Notes under the pieces: model-generated
Told to the model about the DNA's origin: nothing
The model's input: only the letters and a program-made list of their open reading frames with translations
Databases searched by the model: none
In this document: positions 9,501 to 24,500 of the stretch, piece by piece
Layout: every line of letters begins with the position of its first letter
Position numbering within the stretch: position 1 is the stretch's first letter
Position numbers and translations under genes: made by a program
From: Perna viridis
Lineage: Eukaryota
Direction: 5' to 3'
NCBI GenBank assembly: GCA_037379345.1
Contig: CM074520.1
Span: 8,680,001-8,744,000 of the forward strand
Length of the DNA stretch: 64,000 nt

Positions 9501-12500
9501 CACAATGCTATGATAAAGAAACAATCTGTTTCTCGTTCAAAATTCACTATTCACCTCAAGATTATATATACATGAACATAAAATGCATTAACTAAATGAT
9601 TAAAATTCTGCCTCATTCTGAGATGTTAAAAGCAACAAAAAATACATGTGCATATACACCAAGGAACTTCGATCATTATACTGCCTTGGTTTAAATCTAT
9701 TTCCATAAAAACCAATTTTTGTTAAGTTTTTAATTGCTTATCTCAGGAATGACATCAGTGGCTGAAAGTGCAGATATTTATTACTAAAATGACCTTATCT
9801 GCCCAATGAGATGATCAAAATAACACTACAAAATCTTGAGTCACTGATGACAAATTTGACATAAGCGTGAACAAAGTTTTATAGTGTATATACACATTGT
9901 AGGTGATTATAGATTTGGTCTGAGTGACAAGTTTTCATGAGAACTAAATGACAGCCGAACAGATTTGTAGCTTACCTTGTATCTCTAATATAAAAATGAA
10001 CACATGATTAAAACATGCGGGGGAAGAAATATACATTCAATATTTTAGTGAAATTAGTTTTGTGGTAAAGATTTTCTAATTTTGGCATATTCTAGCGGTT
10101 TGCCTGAAAACACAAAAAATAAATTCCACAAAATATTGATTCTAGACTAAAGTACTTAATGTACTGCTTTCCAAAATAACCAGCTTTATGGTAATATTGT
10201 TTTATGTTATATTCCATGTCATCAAATCCAAAGAACAGGCATGCAATATGTTGCTGAAATCAAGTTATCCATCAAAATTTCATTTTACATTCTTACTATG
10301 ATATACAGAATAAAATCCATAATTGCCTCTTAAAATTTTTCTCTTTACATTTAACAATTCTTAATGGAGAATGATCAGCTTGGCAATCAGTCCCAGTTTT
10401 TTAACAATTCACCATTTTTTTTCTCAAGTTCATAATGAATTGTACTTTTTTTTTACATAATGAACCTTATAAATTAATACCTTTTAATGAGGATACAGTA
10501 CAAAGGGAGGTAACAAAATTAAAAGGGGAGATAAAAACTTACTCTAGATCCTCTGTGTAATCTGTCCTTCATGATTGATATAAACTCTCTATGACTTAAA
10601 TGTCCATCTCCATCTGAGTCAAAGATCTGGAACACAGTATTAACTAAATGTGGGCTAAGAGTTTGTCCAGTACACACCATTACAGCTCTCTGGAAATCCT
10701 CTGAAAATGATTATCATATTTTTCCATAGTGTAATTATAGGAGAATTATTTGCATTAATATAAAATACACAAAAGGGACAAAAACATGCATTACATAATT
10801 TAAGTGTATGGATCTCTTTGTAATTGAAACAAAAAGTTTCATAACACAATGGTATTTATTTTAGGGGTTATATCCATAACCAATTAGGAATTTTAAAGCC
10901 CCAAAAACCCTTAAGAAAGTTTTTTCAGAAAACTTTTAAGTTACAGAGAGAGATATAATTTATATTTAAACAATAAACATTTCCCACAATGGAAGTGATA
11001 TCAATTCTATAAAATAACAATTTACATATTATCTTTATTCTTCAATCCTTTGCCACAGTTGAAACTTGAACGTGTCAAAAATATTGGATCTTGTGACATA
11101 CTATGTTACAGCACAAAAGATCACTGACATCAATAATATGAGGATATTATTTTTCATAGTTTCATGAAAAATCCCAAATTTAGGTGCTTCATAAAAACTG
11201 AACCCTGACTGATAAAATTGATGAATTGATAAATCTCATTTTATAAAACTGTATCTAAGAAATAGAGTTGAAACCATTGAAATGGGACTACTAAAGTTAT
11301 TTTAGCCCAAGTTCTAAACCTGAATTGACTGCCATGCATAAGGACACTAATGAATGAACTGCTATTACTGATATATAAGACATCAATGTGAAAAATCATT
11401 CACATCTTTTTATTCAAATGACCAGTAAAGCTTGAAATGAGACTTAAGACATAACTTGACTTTCAACATCAACAGTTTGTGACAGTATTAAATCAACAGA
11501 ATTTACTCAAGAGTTACCACAGCACATAAAAATAATCTTTGACACAAGTATTTTAAAGGTTTTAATTAACAGGACAGTACAGGCACCAGTGCCACGAAAC
11601 TTGGAAAACTAATTATGTCTAAGAATATTCTGAACTATTTGTGACATCATCAGATCCTGAGAGTTTTATTGGAGTTACCGTGAAAGTTAAAAATATTTTC
11701 AAACTCAAATATTGAAATTCTGTGGAGCCCAGGCCTGAACATACATTTTTTTCAGTCTGTTAACAAACCTTTAGAGACTGATTGTTCTGCGTAGGTATAC
11801 ATCTTCATAGCAATAGTAAAATCATCTAGGTTGTTCAGGAAATGACAAAACTGTTTAAAGTCTTCAAATGAAATGCCCTGTTAAATGAAAACAGAATATT
11901 TACTGAACAGCTTATAATAAATACACAGTGTGAGATTCATTTTCTTGTTTTTTTGTTTTTTTTTTCAAGATGTAGACTTTGAGTGAAGTTGAGTGATTTA
12001 ATAATCTATAAACTTCTTGTATGGAATTTTCAGTTTATGCCAAAAAATGAAATTTTAATCCAGAAACTTAAAAAAAGGGCATCTAATAGAACATTAATAG
12101 GATAATTAATTGGAAAGAGTGAATAACCAAAATATTATTATGAGTGCAGAAGAACGCCAAGATTTGACGAGTGTGCAGGACTTGTTCCACGCAGGAGTTA
12201 AATCCTCCAGCGTTTTTCGTAAGAGTGATCATATTTTGGTTATTCACGATAACCAGTTGATTATCCTATTTATTATACAGATTTTATTCATAATTTATCG
12301 ATATTTTCAACATGAATTTTAAATTTTGTGGTTGGCGGATTGATATGAAAGTTTTGATGGGAGAAAGTCCGAGAGTGAAATTACCAATTTATTTCACAGT
12401 GTAAATTATCGAAATTGATTACACTGGGAACATTCAATAACACACTGCTATCTAAATAACAATAAATGATGACTGCCACATTACAAAGTTTTTTGGGGTG

Positions 12501-15500
12501 AAAATAGCTGTAACCTTTGTGTAAATAATCCAATAAAACTGAACTATGAACTTTATATTTAATATCCAAGATCTTTAAATATCTCTGGATACATTGGAGG
12601 GGGAGGGGGTGGAGGGATGTGGACAGATGTACAGACAAGCAACTTTTTGGAGGGTATCACACAATTTTGAATACTTGGACACTTGGTGTGGCAGGATATA
12701 CAAACTACATCAATCACTCGCCTGTTTAAAGTCTACAACTTTGACATTCTAGATATTTGGAAGTGTGTCATGGATGAATGTTCTGAAGCTTTGTAAACTT
12801 TGCAAATCTTTATTTCTGTTTCTACCTCCTCTGTAACTATTTTGGTTTCCTAATTGATTTGAAATCAATCATAGCATACTGGTTGGTAAGAAAAAAATTA
12901 CTGTAAACAAACTGTACTGGTGCAAAAACCGCCAAAAAAAATGGTACACAAGAAATTTATTTTCAACACTCTTTGACGCTAATCTTATTTTTGAAACCGT
13001 GTAGATTGATACCACAAATATGTTCACTAGACAAGATCTACCAAAAATTAGCAACTGAGAAAATAAATACCTTTACAGTAATTGAACAGTTTACCGATAC
13101 ATGAAATTCATGTGAACTTCACATAATTTGAACTACATGTGAAATAATTTCGCCATTAACAGATATATGATATATGATATATATCTGTTACTGGGCGAAA
13201 TCATTTCAGCATTTCAGCAATATAAATGAAAATCTTATGGGTTTAAATGAGTGTAAGAATGACTTTATAACAAATGATACCTTTTCAGTAGGAATTTTAG
13301 TTTTGACCCTCTCTACTGCAGCTTCCACATCAGATTTATCTAACATGGTATACCGTAGCAATATCCTGGCAAAGTCCTCCTCAGATATTGTCTTAAAACC
13401 TTTAGAAAACTCTGTAAACTCTAGTTCTATCACCTCTGTCTGTAAGTTTTCCATAAATCTGTAATTAACCATGTTAGTTCTAACTAGATTAAGAAGCGTC
13501 ATTGTTAACTGTGGATTAATTCACTTTTGTTTTCAGGGCTTTTGAAGTTTACTTCAGGTGTGTTTACACTTGTCAAAGACCTTTTGGTGTTCTCTGAAAG
13601 TATTTACTGTTTTATGTTTAGGTTAAAGAGTAATCAAGGGAACCAAGGTTACAGTGGTAATCTAAAGAATGTAATCCACTTGCCCATTTCTTGCGTTTAA
13701 CCATATTCATTCTTTTCTAGGATAAGCAAAAATGTAGTTTAACCAATTTCATGGACCAACAATATTTGTCTCTGGCCTCATATACATCTTTCTTACACCA
13801 ATCAATTTAAAAGATGCAGAAATGAGATCACATTGTAATTGTATCTTTATTGTTTCTTACACCCTACCAGTGCACCTGGTCTGTGCTCCCAGTTTTTAGT
13901 GGAGTCCGAGTTGCTCATTTGCTTTTGTTACTTTGTATGTATGATTTTAGTTACTTTATGTTCTTTGTTGTGTATGTCTGTTTTCCATGTCTGGTCTTTG
14001 TCCCTGGATTACATTCTTTCGATTTCTGCTATTACCCTGGTTCCCTTGATTATTCTTTGACTAACCTGCTAAAGTCATCGTAACGCAAAACATCGTTTCC
14101 CTTTGGTCCAAAGAAGTGGTACAGCAGTGTAGTGTCCTGAATGGGTTCCAAATTCTGTGAAAACATTTTATGAAGTTAGTGTTACAAATGTCACAACAAA
14201 CTCACATATTTGTAAATTACATGTCAATCAACACAATATCAAATTGGTATGTAAAAGTGAAGGCTTTGATTTGATAAATGATATTACACTGTACTACAAT
14301 GTCAAAAATATAATGATAAAGAACATTAAATAAAGCAGGATAAATAATGGTGCTAGGAGTTCATTATTAGAAAGATAGAAAATGAACATTTAAATAGCAA
14401 AATAGTATCTGTCTTATCTTGTGCCAGCGATGAAATGATATCAGGTGAAAATAAAATTCTTCAACTAAACTGAAATCAGGGACAAGAAGCCGTTCATGCT
14501 AGAAGAGTGATTAAACATGCAGCTCTGAATTATTGTTACCACTTGTTTTTTGTCTCAATCTAAGCACATAAAAAGCTTCAAGTAACGACAATGAATATTA
14601 TCATCATGCGCATGCTACTGATATTATCTTAAGTTTGTTCTGTTTATATAAGCTTGGTTACAGAACTGAGAAGAAACGGTGTCTACAGGACAACTATTTT
14701 TTTTCATTAGATTTCTTGGGATGTACGGTACTTGTCTATTGTTACATTCAGCCATACTGATACATGTTCACAAATAAATCAAACTTCAATATTTTTATCA
14801 CTACTTGAATATTGAGTATATTCTACTGTTTATAATCAAATTCTAAAATATAGAGTTGATTCCTTGGGAGCTGCATGGATGTCTTAAGCCTCTTTTTATC
14901 AAATAATACAAAGAATTGCTACAAGTTATGTAGCACAAACAGCTCTAAGATATTATACAGAAAAAAACCCATTCTGGCTACATAATATGAAGGAGCAATT
15001 GCATTATTGTTTAAAAAGAGAGCTTACATGTTCTTTACACAAAATAAGAAGTTTTGATACACAGATATTATACAGTTATTAAATGGGTTGGATGCAATAG
15101 ACCAGAATATTTGTCCTGAGGTACTGAGAATGATCAAGTGTTCTACTGCACGAGGCCAACGCCTGAGTGCAATAGAACACTTGATCATTCTCAGTACCAA
15201 AGGACAAATGTTCTGGTCTGTTGCATCCAACCCATTTAATAACTGTTTTATTACCTAATTTTGTCTATGAGATATAATAAAGAATGGAAATGGGGAATAT
15301 GTCAAACAGACAACCATTCGACCAGGAATAGGAAATTGATTGCTCCATGTTTACGAATTGGCAAACGAGAGTAACATCTATGTTTTTACACACGATTTTT
15401 TTGTGTGTAAATTCCAATTCAATGAAGCGCTTAAAAAAAGTTCAACCAATCAATAGGCTTAGATAAAGGTCATTATGGGGTCAGTGCAATAGACTCCTGA

Positions 15501-18500
15501 AGGAGATATTGCACCGTGCAATAGTACATTGACAGTGTAATAGATTGCCCTATCCTGAATAAATTTTGAAAATAGAGAAAAATATGTGTATATTAAATAA
15601 ACAAGATAAAACCGTATAATAAGTTAATAATACTTCCCTTAACTTTGCTACTGACTCCCAATTATACACCTTCTGTAATATTACTGCTCATGCAGCATCA
15701 CACTATGTACTTTGTAATTCAGATGCCTAAACATAGGTCTGACTTATGACCTTTGACTCCTAAAGACATAATTAGAAATTCCAAATAGCATGCCTGATTT
15801 CTTGCAGACCAAAGAGATTCAAGACATCCACACATATCTGTCTATTAGTAACATTCAGTAACAGAAAAAAACAATAGATGCTAAATGTCTTCAGGCCAAC
15901 ACTGATTGTTACCCGTAAATACGCTTCAACAAAAGTTTGACTCAGTTTCCCGTGAGAAGATGGCAATACCTGTTTCCACAATGACAAAAAACATTAAATA
16001 TATACAGAAGGAGATTACAACATTTATCTCTGATCTATAAAATGAAGGAAAATAATTAGAAAAAAAAGTTATCTTCTATAAACAGCGATATTCTGCTTCA
16101 ACTTACCGAACAAAATAACTAGAACAGATAATATTAGATTGGTTTGTAATGCATGACTAGTGCAAGGGGATATTACTTAGATTGTAGTCAATATGTCACG
16201 GATTCTGGTGGACAGACCCCTATGACATTAGACTGGTTTGTAATGCATGACTGGTGCAAGAGGACATAACCTACATTGTAGTCAACGTGTCACAGATTCT
16301 AGTGGACAGGTCCCTATAACCGAGCAGTTTTTTTTTTCTTGGACCACCCACTATATTTACTTTCCATACTTTTTACCGTAACAAGTAAACATCAGTGGAA
16401 TGATAGTCTAAAAAACATAAATTGTAGGTTGGTCTAGTAAAATACTGTTCAATTCACAGACCTTTACACAAGAACCTGTGATGTATTTATCTTAAATAAA
16501 TTTTGAAGTTATGTTTTATGACAATTCCAATTGATTTGAAATGTAAATATTAGGGACCTAATAAAAATTACTGAAATTCTCAAAAATAATATATTATAGA
16601 ACTGAAGTAGTTATACAGGCTGGAAAAAGTAAATGTCTTATTACTACTCTACTTGCTGGTAATTATGAAGTCATATTTAAATGAAAATAGTGTTCGCTAA
16701 AGGCTGTTTGGTGGAGGGGGGTTGTTTGTGAATAGGATTTATACCCCCTCCCCTTTCCTGTCAGTTTTCCCTAAACAGCTGCTTGCATGATGTCCCTTTA
16801 AATTCATCCCTATTGTGTAGAAGTGCCATCTTTTTTTACCAGCATTACCACACTTGATAACTGTTATCAAAAGAAAGATTTTATTCTAATTTTATCAACT
16901 TAAGATTCTGATTATGATCATATAAATAATGGTACAAAATATTGATTTAATTATTACAATCTAAAATTCTTAATTTTCAACTTCAACTTGACTTTAAGGT
17001 AGACACCATATCATAACTGATTATTGTAATATTGCTGGTGGAAGATAGGACCATGAATAGGTTATGTAAGTCTTGTCATGTGACCCCATGATTTCACGAG
17101 ACTGGGTCCTAGTCTGCCATTCAAAAGCATGGAGACTTGTCATTTTGAGAGTGTTGAGTTCAGTATTGAGGGCAAATCATCTTTTGTGTAAAAAATACCG
17201 ATAAAAAATCACAAATATCTATTTCTACATGATAAAGGTATTGAGTAAAAAATACAAAATACAATGTAGAAGATTTTGCATTGTTATACAGCGTTTCGAG
17301 TACACATAAGTAAACAATAAAATGCAGATCAGTCTTCGGTTATCATTACGTTGTACGTCATAAATTCCGGTAACGAAAATGAAACTAGAACGAGACTTAC
17401 ATACCCTATATCAAAAACATCACAGCTAGTTACTACCGTTGTTTTTACATACAATTGTATAAACTGATAGAGAGTTCAATTATATTCTGTCTGGGTTTTG
17501 CAATATTTTAAAGTATTAGAACACATATTGTAGATGCTATTATAATGACATACTTTACGTGTGATGGCTGCCTGGCCTGTCTCTTGTTGTTGGTTGCTAA
17601 AAACACCCTCCAACTGTAAAAAGTGTTAATGGGTAAAGGTAAACACAGGAAAAACAATATAAACTCTGGCTGCACAAAAACCTCAACTAAAATATGAAAT
17701 TAAAAAGTTTTAATAGAACACAACCTTAGGAAAAATGAAATATATACTGCTTCGGTAAAGAGGAAAACCCAAAGGATCATACAGGCAAGGAATAATAAAA
17801 TTGTTTGAAAAATAAAATGTATTCTAGGAATAAAAATTGATGACCTATAATATGTGTTCATCAAATGTGATGGTCAACAACTGTCCAGATTGCAGACAAA
17901 ATGCATTGCAGTATAACATAACAATTTTACATCAATTTTACTAGGATTCCAGCTACCTAATAGAATGTACTACTAGTATATTACAATCATTGTCTTATAC
18001 TTAAAAACTAGCTCTACTTGTAAAGCTGCTGTCTATGACGAGCTCTAACACAAAAGGCTTTAATTCTTAACAAGAACATAAGCAATATCAAGCTAATGTG
18101 ACACAGGCACTAGTGTTATGATGTACACCTTTTTCCATTTTCACAAAGTCCAATACAAATTTAACTTCTCTACATATATAGATAAAAAAAACTTTGTGAG
18201 TACACTCATATACTCCATGCCTCCATATTGACGGAGGAGAAGGTTAAGGTTGATGATTGTCATAAATTGAAAATATAAATAAAAACTTTAGTTTGGCTGT
18301 ACGAAGAGACTGAGAAAGATGTTATAGTTATTCATTTCAGTAAAATATTTTTTAAGGATCATAACTCCCAACACAATTTAGGAAATAAACATTTTCTGTT
18401 TAGTAGTTTGAAAGGACTGGTTTTGTTGTGTTGTTACAGGATCGAACTAAGCTGTCATTTGACTCTTTATCATGCTCCTTGTGATATAATGGAAAGGAGG

Positions 18501-21500
18501 TGGTAAGATGAATACAAAAACAAGTATGACTCTGGGCATGTGATTGGGAGGTCCATTTTTGTGCATTTACTTTCAGTACTGTGGTTGTATGTGGTGTACA
18601 ATTTATATACAGAAGGATAAAAATTGATAACTCAAACTTGTTTGAACATACTGCCTTCTAGTGGAGAACTATGAACACCTACCCAGCAGGATGGCACTAA
18701 TTAATAACAGTAAAAATACTTTATGATTCCATAGCAAAATATTTTTCTTAAAAAGTAATAAGAACCACCGTTATATTGTTTATAATGTTTTCAGCCATTT
18801 CCTCAATATGCTTAGGAGTTATTTCCCTTTACACCAAAATGTAGATTGAATAATATTTTACATATTTTGTAGCACACTAACTTTACCTTTTCAATAAGTA
18901 TCATTTAATATCATGCATACACACAAGAGACAACCTCAGACCATTTTTAAGAGATAGAAACATCAGCTAAAATCCAGTTAAGATTAAGAAGGAGCAAGCC
19001 TAGAAATGTTGCTGCAATAAAGCAAAAGAACTGCCACAATTTTGAATATATTGAGGAATACAAGACTTAGGATTATTACAATTAGTATCTCCATTATTCA
19101 GAGAAAAGAGAGGGAAAAATACCTCAGACTAATTAATGCATATACTAGTGGTTATATGAAACAAGATCACGCAATAAAATTATAATCAGTGTAACAACAG
19201 ACCTGAATATCAAATACAACAAAAAAATAACAGAACATTTCAATACCAACAAACACATGTATTCAATCAAAATTTTATGAAAATAGGAGAAAAGTTCCAG
19301 AATGGTCAATTACTGACCATATTTTCATAATAATAAAATAAAATGACAGGCGAATTAAAATGCCCACAGTGGTCAAACCCTTAACAAATGGGGAAAAAAA
19401 TGGACACAAAATTCAAGCTTGATACATCATTGATTGTGATCATAAGTTCAATAAAGGATAAGATTTAAGGGGTCGATAATACTTGCAAGAAGACAGATGT
19501 ACAATGAGGGGTAATAACAAAATTACTGAACTGACATAATGTGATTTCTATAGATAGCAAAATTTTGTTTCTAGATGGTATGACAATAAAAATCAAGAGC
19601 CTTAATCAAAGTAAATAAACAATTCACAAAGTGACAGCATTAAGTGGAAGCATTACTGAGGTATTGTACCACAACAGAAAATAGTCCCATTTTGTATGAA
19701 TGAAGTCCCATAACTCAAAAATGTATACTCCAAAATACATATAAATCAAAAGGAAGCATATATTAATCAAACGAAGCAATTCACCAAAGTTTCATGAAAA
19801 TAGCTTGAAATATTTTCTAGTTATTGTGCTAATATGGAAAATCCCCCCTTTTCTTTTAAATTAAGTGCTATAACTTAAAAACAGAAAATCAGAATTTTTT
19901 AATAATGGAAAATGAAACTTAAAAACAGAAATAAACATTTAAAAAAGTTCCATGCAAATAGGCACAACCATTACAGTCCAAAAAACTGTAAAATACCCAT
20001 TTCAATGAATAAAGTCCCATAACTATAAATTGTAAAATCGGAAATATACAAAAACATAAAGGGACTTTAAATTCATATAAATACACAATTCACCAAAATT
20101 TCATTGACATTCCCACAAGTGTATTTGAGTTATAGTCAAAACACAGAAAACACTCAGTTGTACAAATAATGTCCCATCACTTAAAACAAAGTCTTTATAA
20201 AAATCGAAAGGGAAAACTCAAAAATCAAATTGAAAGAAACAATTAATTGAAAGAAACAATTAATCACAATTAATTTTGTGAAAAACAGTTGCTGCATTTT
20301 GTAGTTATTGTACAGACTGCTAACAAGGGACAGTCTGAAGAACACTGGTATACCATAATATGTCCCTCTAAAAAGATGGGCGTATAAAAATTACTTAAAA
20401 TCAGTATAAATTCATTTCTTGTGCACAACAGCTGAATATGACCTCTGATGCCATAAATTGTACAAATCAGACCAGCCCCCTCCTCATCATTACAACAGGT
20501 TTATCTAATTAGCATTCCATTATCTCTGAAACTTCTGTCTTTTTACCAGTACAAACCGGCACTTGGCACTAATAATTCCTACTGTATTATTATAGCTCTA
20601 TTTTTACTGTCCAGTTTATTACTTTAGAAAAAGACATCCAGGGCATTGCATTTTAAGCTTTTGTAGAAATCTTTTTTATCTGCTATCAATGACAGGAACA
20701 GGTTTGTTATCTTTACAACAAAGTTGTTCCCGAAAAGTATGTATGAAAAGTAGTTTTAAAATCTTTAATTTAGAATAATCTTCCTTACAAATATATTTTT
20801 CAAATCCCTCCTTTTTTATGCGTTATATACTTTAGGCATGAAGAACTCCATCCATCCCCCAATATAATGTGTGCTGACCATGATGTGATTCATGCATGAG
20901 TTAGCTTCTGGGTTAGCAAGCATGCAGTCCAACACAAAAATGTTGCAAATTGCTCGGCAGAAAGATGCATGAAGTAGCACATGTTTATATCACCTAAAAG
21001 AATAATATATGTATTTGCATACAAGTTTAGAATCTATACATTAGTTTAAATATGGAAAGCTTCAATAATATCTCTCTAAAACTAAAAATAAACTTGCAGT
21101 AACATTTGAAACTATTTGAAGTTATTTCTCTTCAAGAACTTCAGGAAAAAATCTATCCATCTCTCTTAAATCACCATAATGAAATGATAATTTAATGTTC
21201 TACAGAATTTGTATTAAAACTTGGTTTTAATCTAGAAGTAAGTAAAAGAATAGTGCTACTTATGCCATCTTTCAAGGTTATTTTCCATTACATAGAAACA
21301 TACATCTAGGATTGCCTGCAATTTGGCACGTGGCCGAGGGATAAATTTACGTTCTGTAGGGGGCAGACTGAAGAATGATTCCAACTGAAAAAAGAAAAAA
21401 ATGAACAACTGAAATTAAAATTGTTGATTAAAAAACAAATGATAAATGAACAATGGCATAGTGAGGTCAGAGTTCAACTAAATGAAACTTGGTTCACAAT

Positions 21501-24500
21501 GATTAAAGGCCTATTGTGAGTGCAAGTCATGTATTTTTTTTACCTCGTTTAAGCATTAGGTCACACAATTAATTTTAGTGGCTTCAGTTGCAGAAGAAAA
21601 ATAAAAAAAAAAAATCAATTTTCAAAAATAAAAGCGTTACTTTTTCAAACTCCTGGTTAAAACAACATATTATGTCTGTTAAAGAAATTATTATAACCAA
21701 CAACAACTGACACCTTTAATACTATTGTAAGCCTAGTTTCACATTCATTAGAATTATAACTGCCATGCATGGTGTGACCATTCATCCAGGTGGGTTACAA
21801 AACCTCAACGTTTGTGGTAAAAATCACCTGTATACCTCAAGAAAATTGCCACCATGAATTCTTCTGTTTTCAATATCAATAGACAAAATCTGTAGTTAAA
21901 ATAGTGATGTGGAGTTAGAAATACATTAGAGTTATCTTTCTTTGAGCACTATGCCATTGTATAGAAGCATATAAGCTTATTTTTCTCTACAAATAAGAAG
22001 CCTATGTTAGACAGTTAAAGTACAATTTTTGATAGTTTAAGCAACCTGAATAATATCAAGATTCCAGTGACAAGACAGGCAAATAATATACCAAAGTAAG
22101 TACAGAAAATGAAATAAAATGAACACCAAAAGAGAATCTATCCTTTTCTGTTACTTTGCACCTTCAAGGCATTTTAATCTTGCAGTAATTTAAGATAAGA
22201 GGAATCTGCAACAATAGAAAAGTTAACTGTTACTACTATGTGTTTCAAGATAACTAGGGACACACATAAGACTGAAAACAGCCCATGATATCCACATTAA
22301 AATGGCACAAATTTCTGTGTTGAATGCTAATCTGCAAATAAAGACCATTGAAGTCTCACTAGAAAAGTTATCTGTTACTATGATGTGTTTCAAGATAACT
22401 AGGGACACACATAAGACTGAAAACAGCCCATGATATCCACATTAAAATGGCATAAATTTCTGTGTTGAATGCTAATCTGCAAATAAAGACTACTGAAGTC
22501 TCACAGAATCAGTGCTTGAAAATTACACACAAAGTCAAAAAAAATGTTGACATAATTTCTGAACATACAATGAATAGGAAGTCGAAAACCTCATATTTCA
22601 AATTGGAATCAAGGAAAGCTTTGTTATTGAAGACAGTCTTAATAGAACAGTATTCCCCTTTTTTCTTCACATTTACATGATCCCTCAGGCCAAATTAGTA
22701 ACAGATGCCTAAATCTTTTCCAGGTACTGGAATGTTATTTCAGTCATTTATGGTATAATGCACTTGGATATTGCATATCAATAAGGGAAAAAAATTGTAA
22801 ATAAAATGTAAATTTCTGTAGCTAATGAGCCTTGTCTAAAATATTGCCAATCCTTAGAAACTAAACTAAAGACATGGTATACTAATGAATTTTAATGAAC
22901 TTATAGAAAATCTAGTTTTCAAAATCAATCGATCTAATCCACGAAGAGTAAAAATTCAATTCCTAAAACCTTCAAGAAGATTAGATATTTTGATTGTTCT
23001 TAAAGATTTGTGATGACGTAATGACAGAAACATTTTGATCCTGACAGTAACGCTCTGTGGGATTCCAGAGGATATATTGGTTCTGATCCAAACATTATCC
23101 AAATAAATCATTTCTTTAAAGGCATAAAATGTTTACTGGTGTTTTCCATTCATATTTTGAGGGCTATCTCTTCTTATCTTAACCAGTATTGGGTACTGTG
23201 ACTTAGGCTGTTTACACATAAACATTACAAATCAAAGCTAAGGAGATTTATAGGATATTAAAAAGCCTGTATAGGGTCATGTATAAAAAGCTTCTAGGTA
23301 GTATGAGGCACTGCAATGTAAATTATATGTCTAGTATTAGTGGGGATATGATATCTGTCTATTGTGTTAGGCACATTACAATGTTATATATTGCCTTTAT
23401 TATCATAATCTCAGAACCTACTCTATCTTGTATATCTGTGTTAGGCACTGTCGCCCACTTTGTCAACCAAGTGGACCTATGTTTAAAAATGTTTGTATGC
23501 TTCATTTCTGAGGTCTCAGGTCAGGTTTTCTTTACACATTTTTTAGTCAATGGAAAAAAAGGTCCACAGATAAAACCCCCAACATTCTATTAGATTTAGT
23601 TGTTGTTTTAAGACCAGAATCTCAATTGTTGTTTTTAAGACCAGAATCTCAGTTGTTGTTTTCAGGCCAGAATCTCAGTTGTTTTTTTAGGCCCAGAATC
23701 TCAGTTGCTGTTTAAAGGCCAGAATCTCAGTTGTTGTTTTGAAGCCAGAATCTCAGTTGTTGTTTTAAGGGTCTTCGAGCCCCCTACTGCTCTTGGCTAC
23801 AGTTATGATGTCTAGTATTATATGCTTAATATTTCGCTATGTGAAATTAATGGTAAAATGAATAAAAATATGCCTTTGACAATAAAATTTATGACAGTTC
23901 CTTTTCTAGCAGCTCAAAGTCAAGAGAACAACATGCCCTGCTTAATGGAAAAATACAAACCAAATTTTTTGACAATAAAAATACAATTTCATTGAGATTT
24001 TACAACCAAAAACCTTTTAACACCCAGTAAACCTGTCAATAAGATTTAAAATTTCATAAAAATTGCTGAAGACCCATAAAAATTCAATGTTGATAAAATA
24101 CATACATGTATTTGATAAGAAAAATAAAATCAGTCAGTATCCATTATAATGTGATAAATGAAAACAGCATAAAAAAAAAAAGTATACATTGAAGTTTATA
24201 TTTTTCCAATCCTAAGCTTTTTAAATAAGTGACAAGCCTAATTAGTGGACCAAGTTTGAAAAGATTTAATTGCATCCGCCATCAATCTGCTATGTAAAAT
24301 TGAGCAATTAATTCACTGAAAGGAAAGATTTTTTTAATCAGATAGTCTGTCGAAGAATAAGAACAGCACATCTGTTTATCCACTGGTGGTCCAAAGCATA
24401 AAATAATGACCTTAACAAATCTGTAATTTGGCCATCAAATATTTCAACTGATTTGAAAACAAGTTACCTCCCTTTAAGAATTATGCAATAAAGAAATTAT

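Noticed and set aside
13839-14083. Cys/hydrophobic ORFs also seen at 53890-54183
   Set aside because: Translations of a T-rich interspersed repeat, not a gene.
17395-17410. GTAAGT donor with nearby AG suggesting a micro-exon
   Set aside because: It would be 5 nt (frameshifting), and it is part of a MITE terminal inverted repeat.
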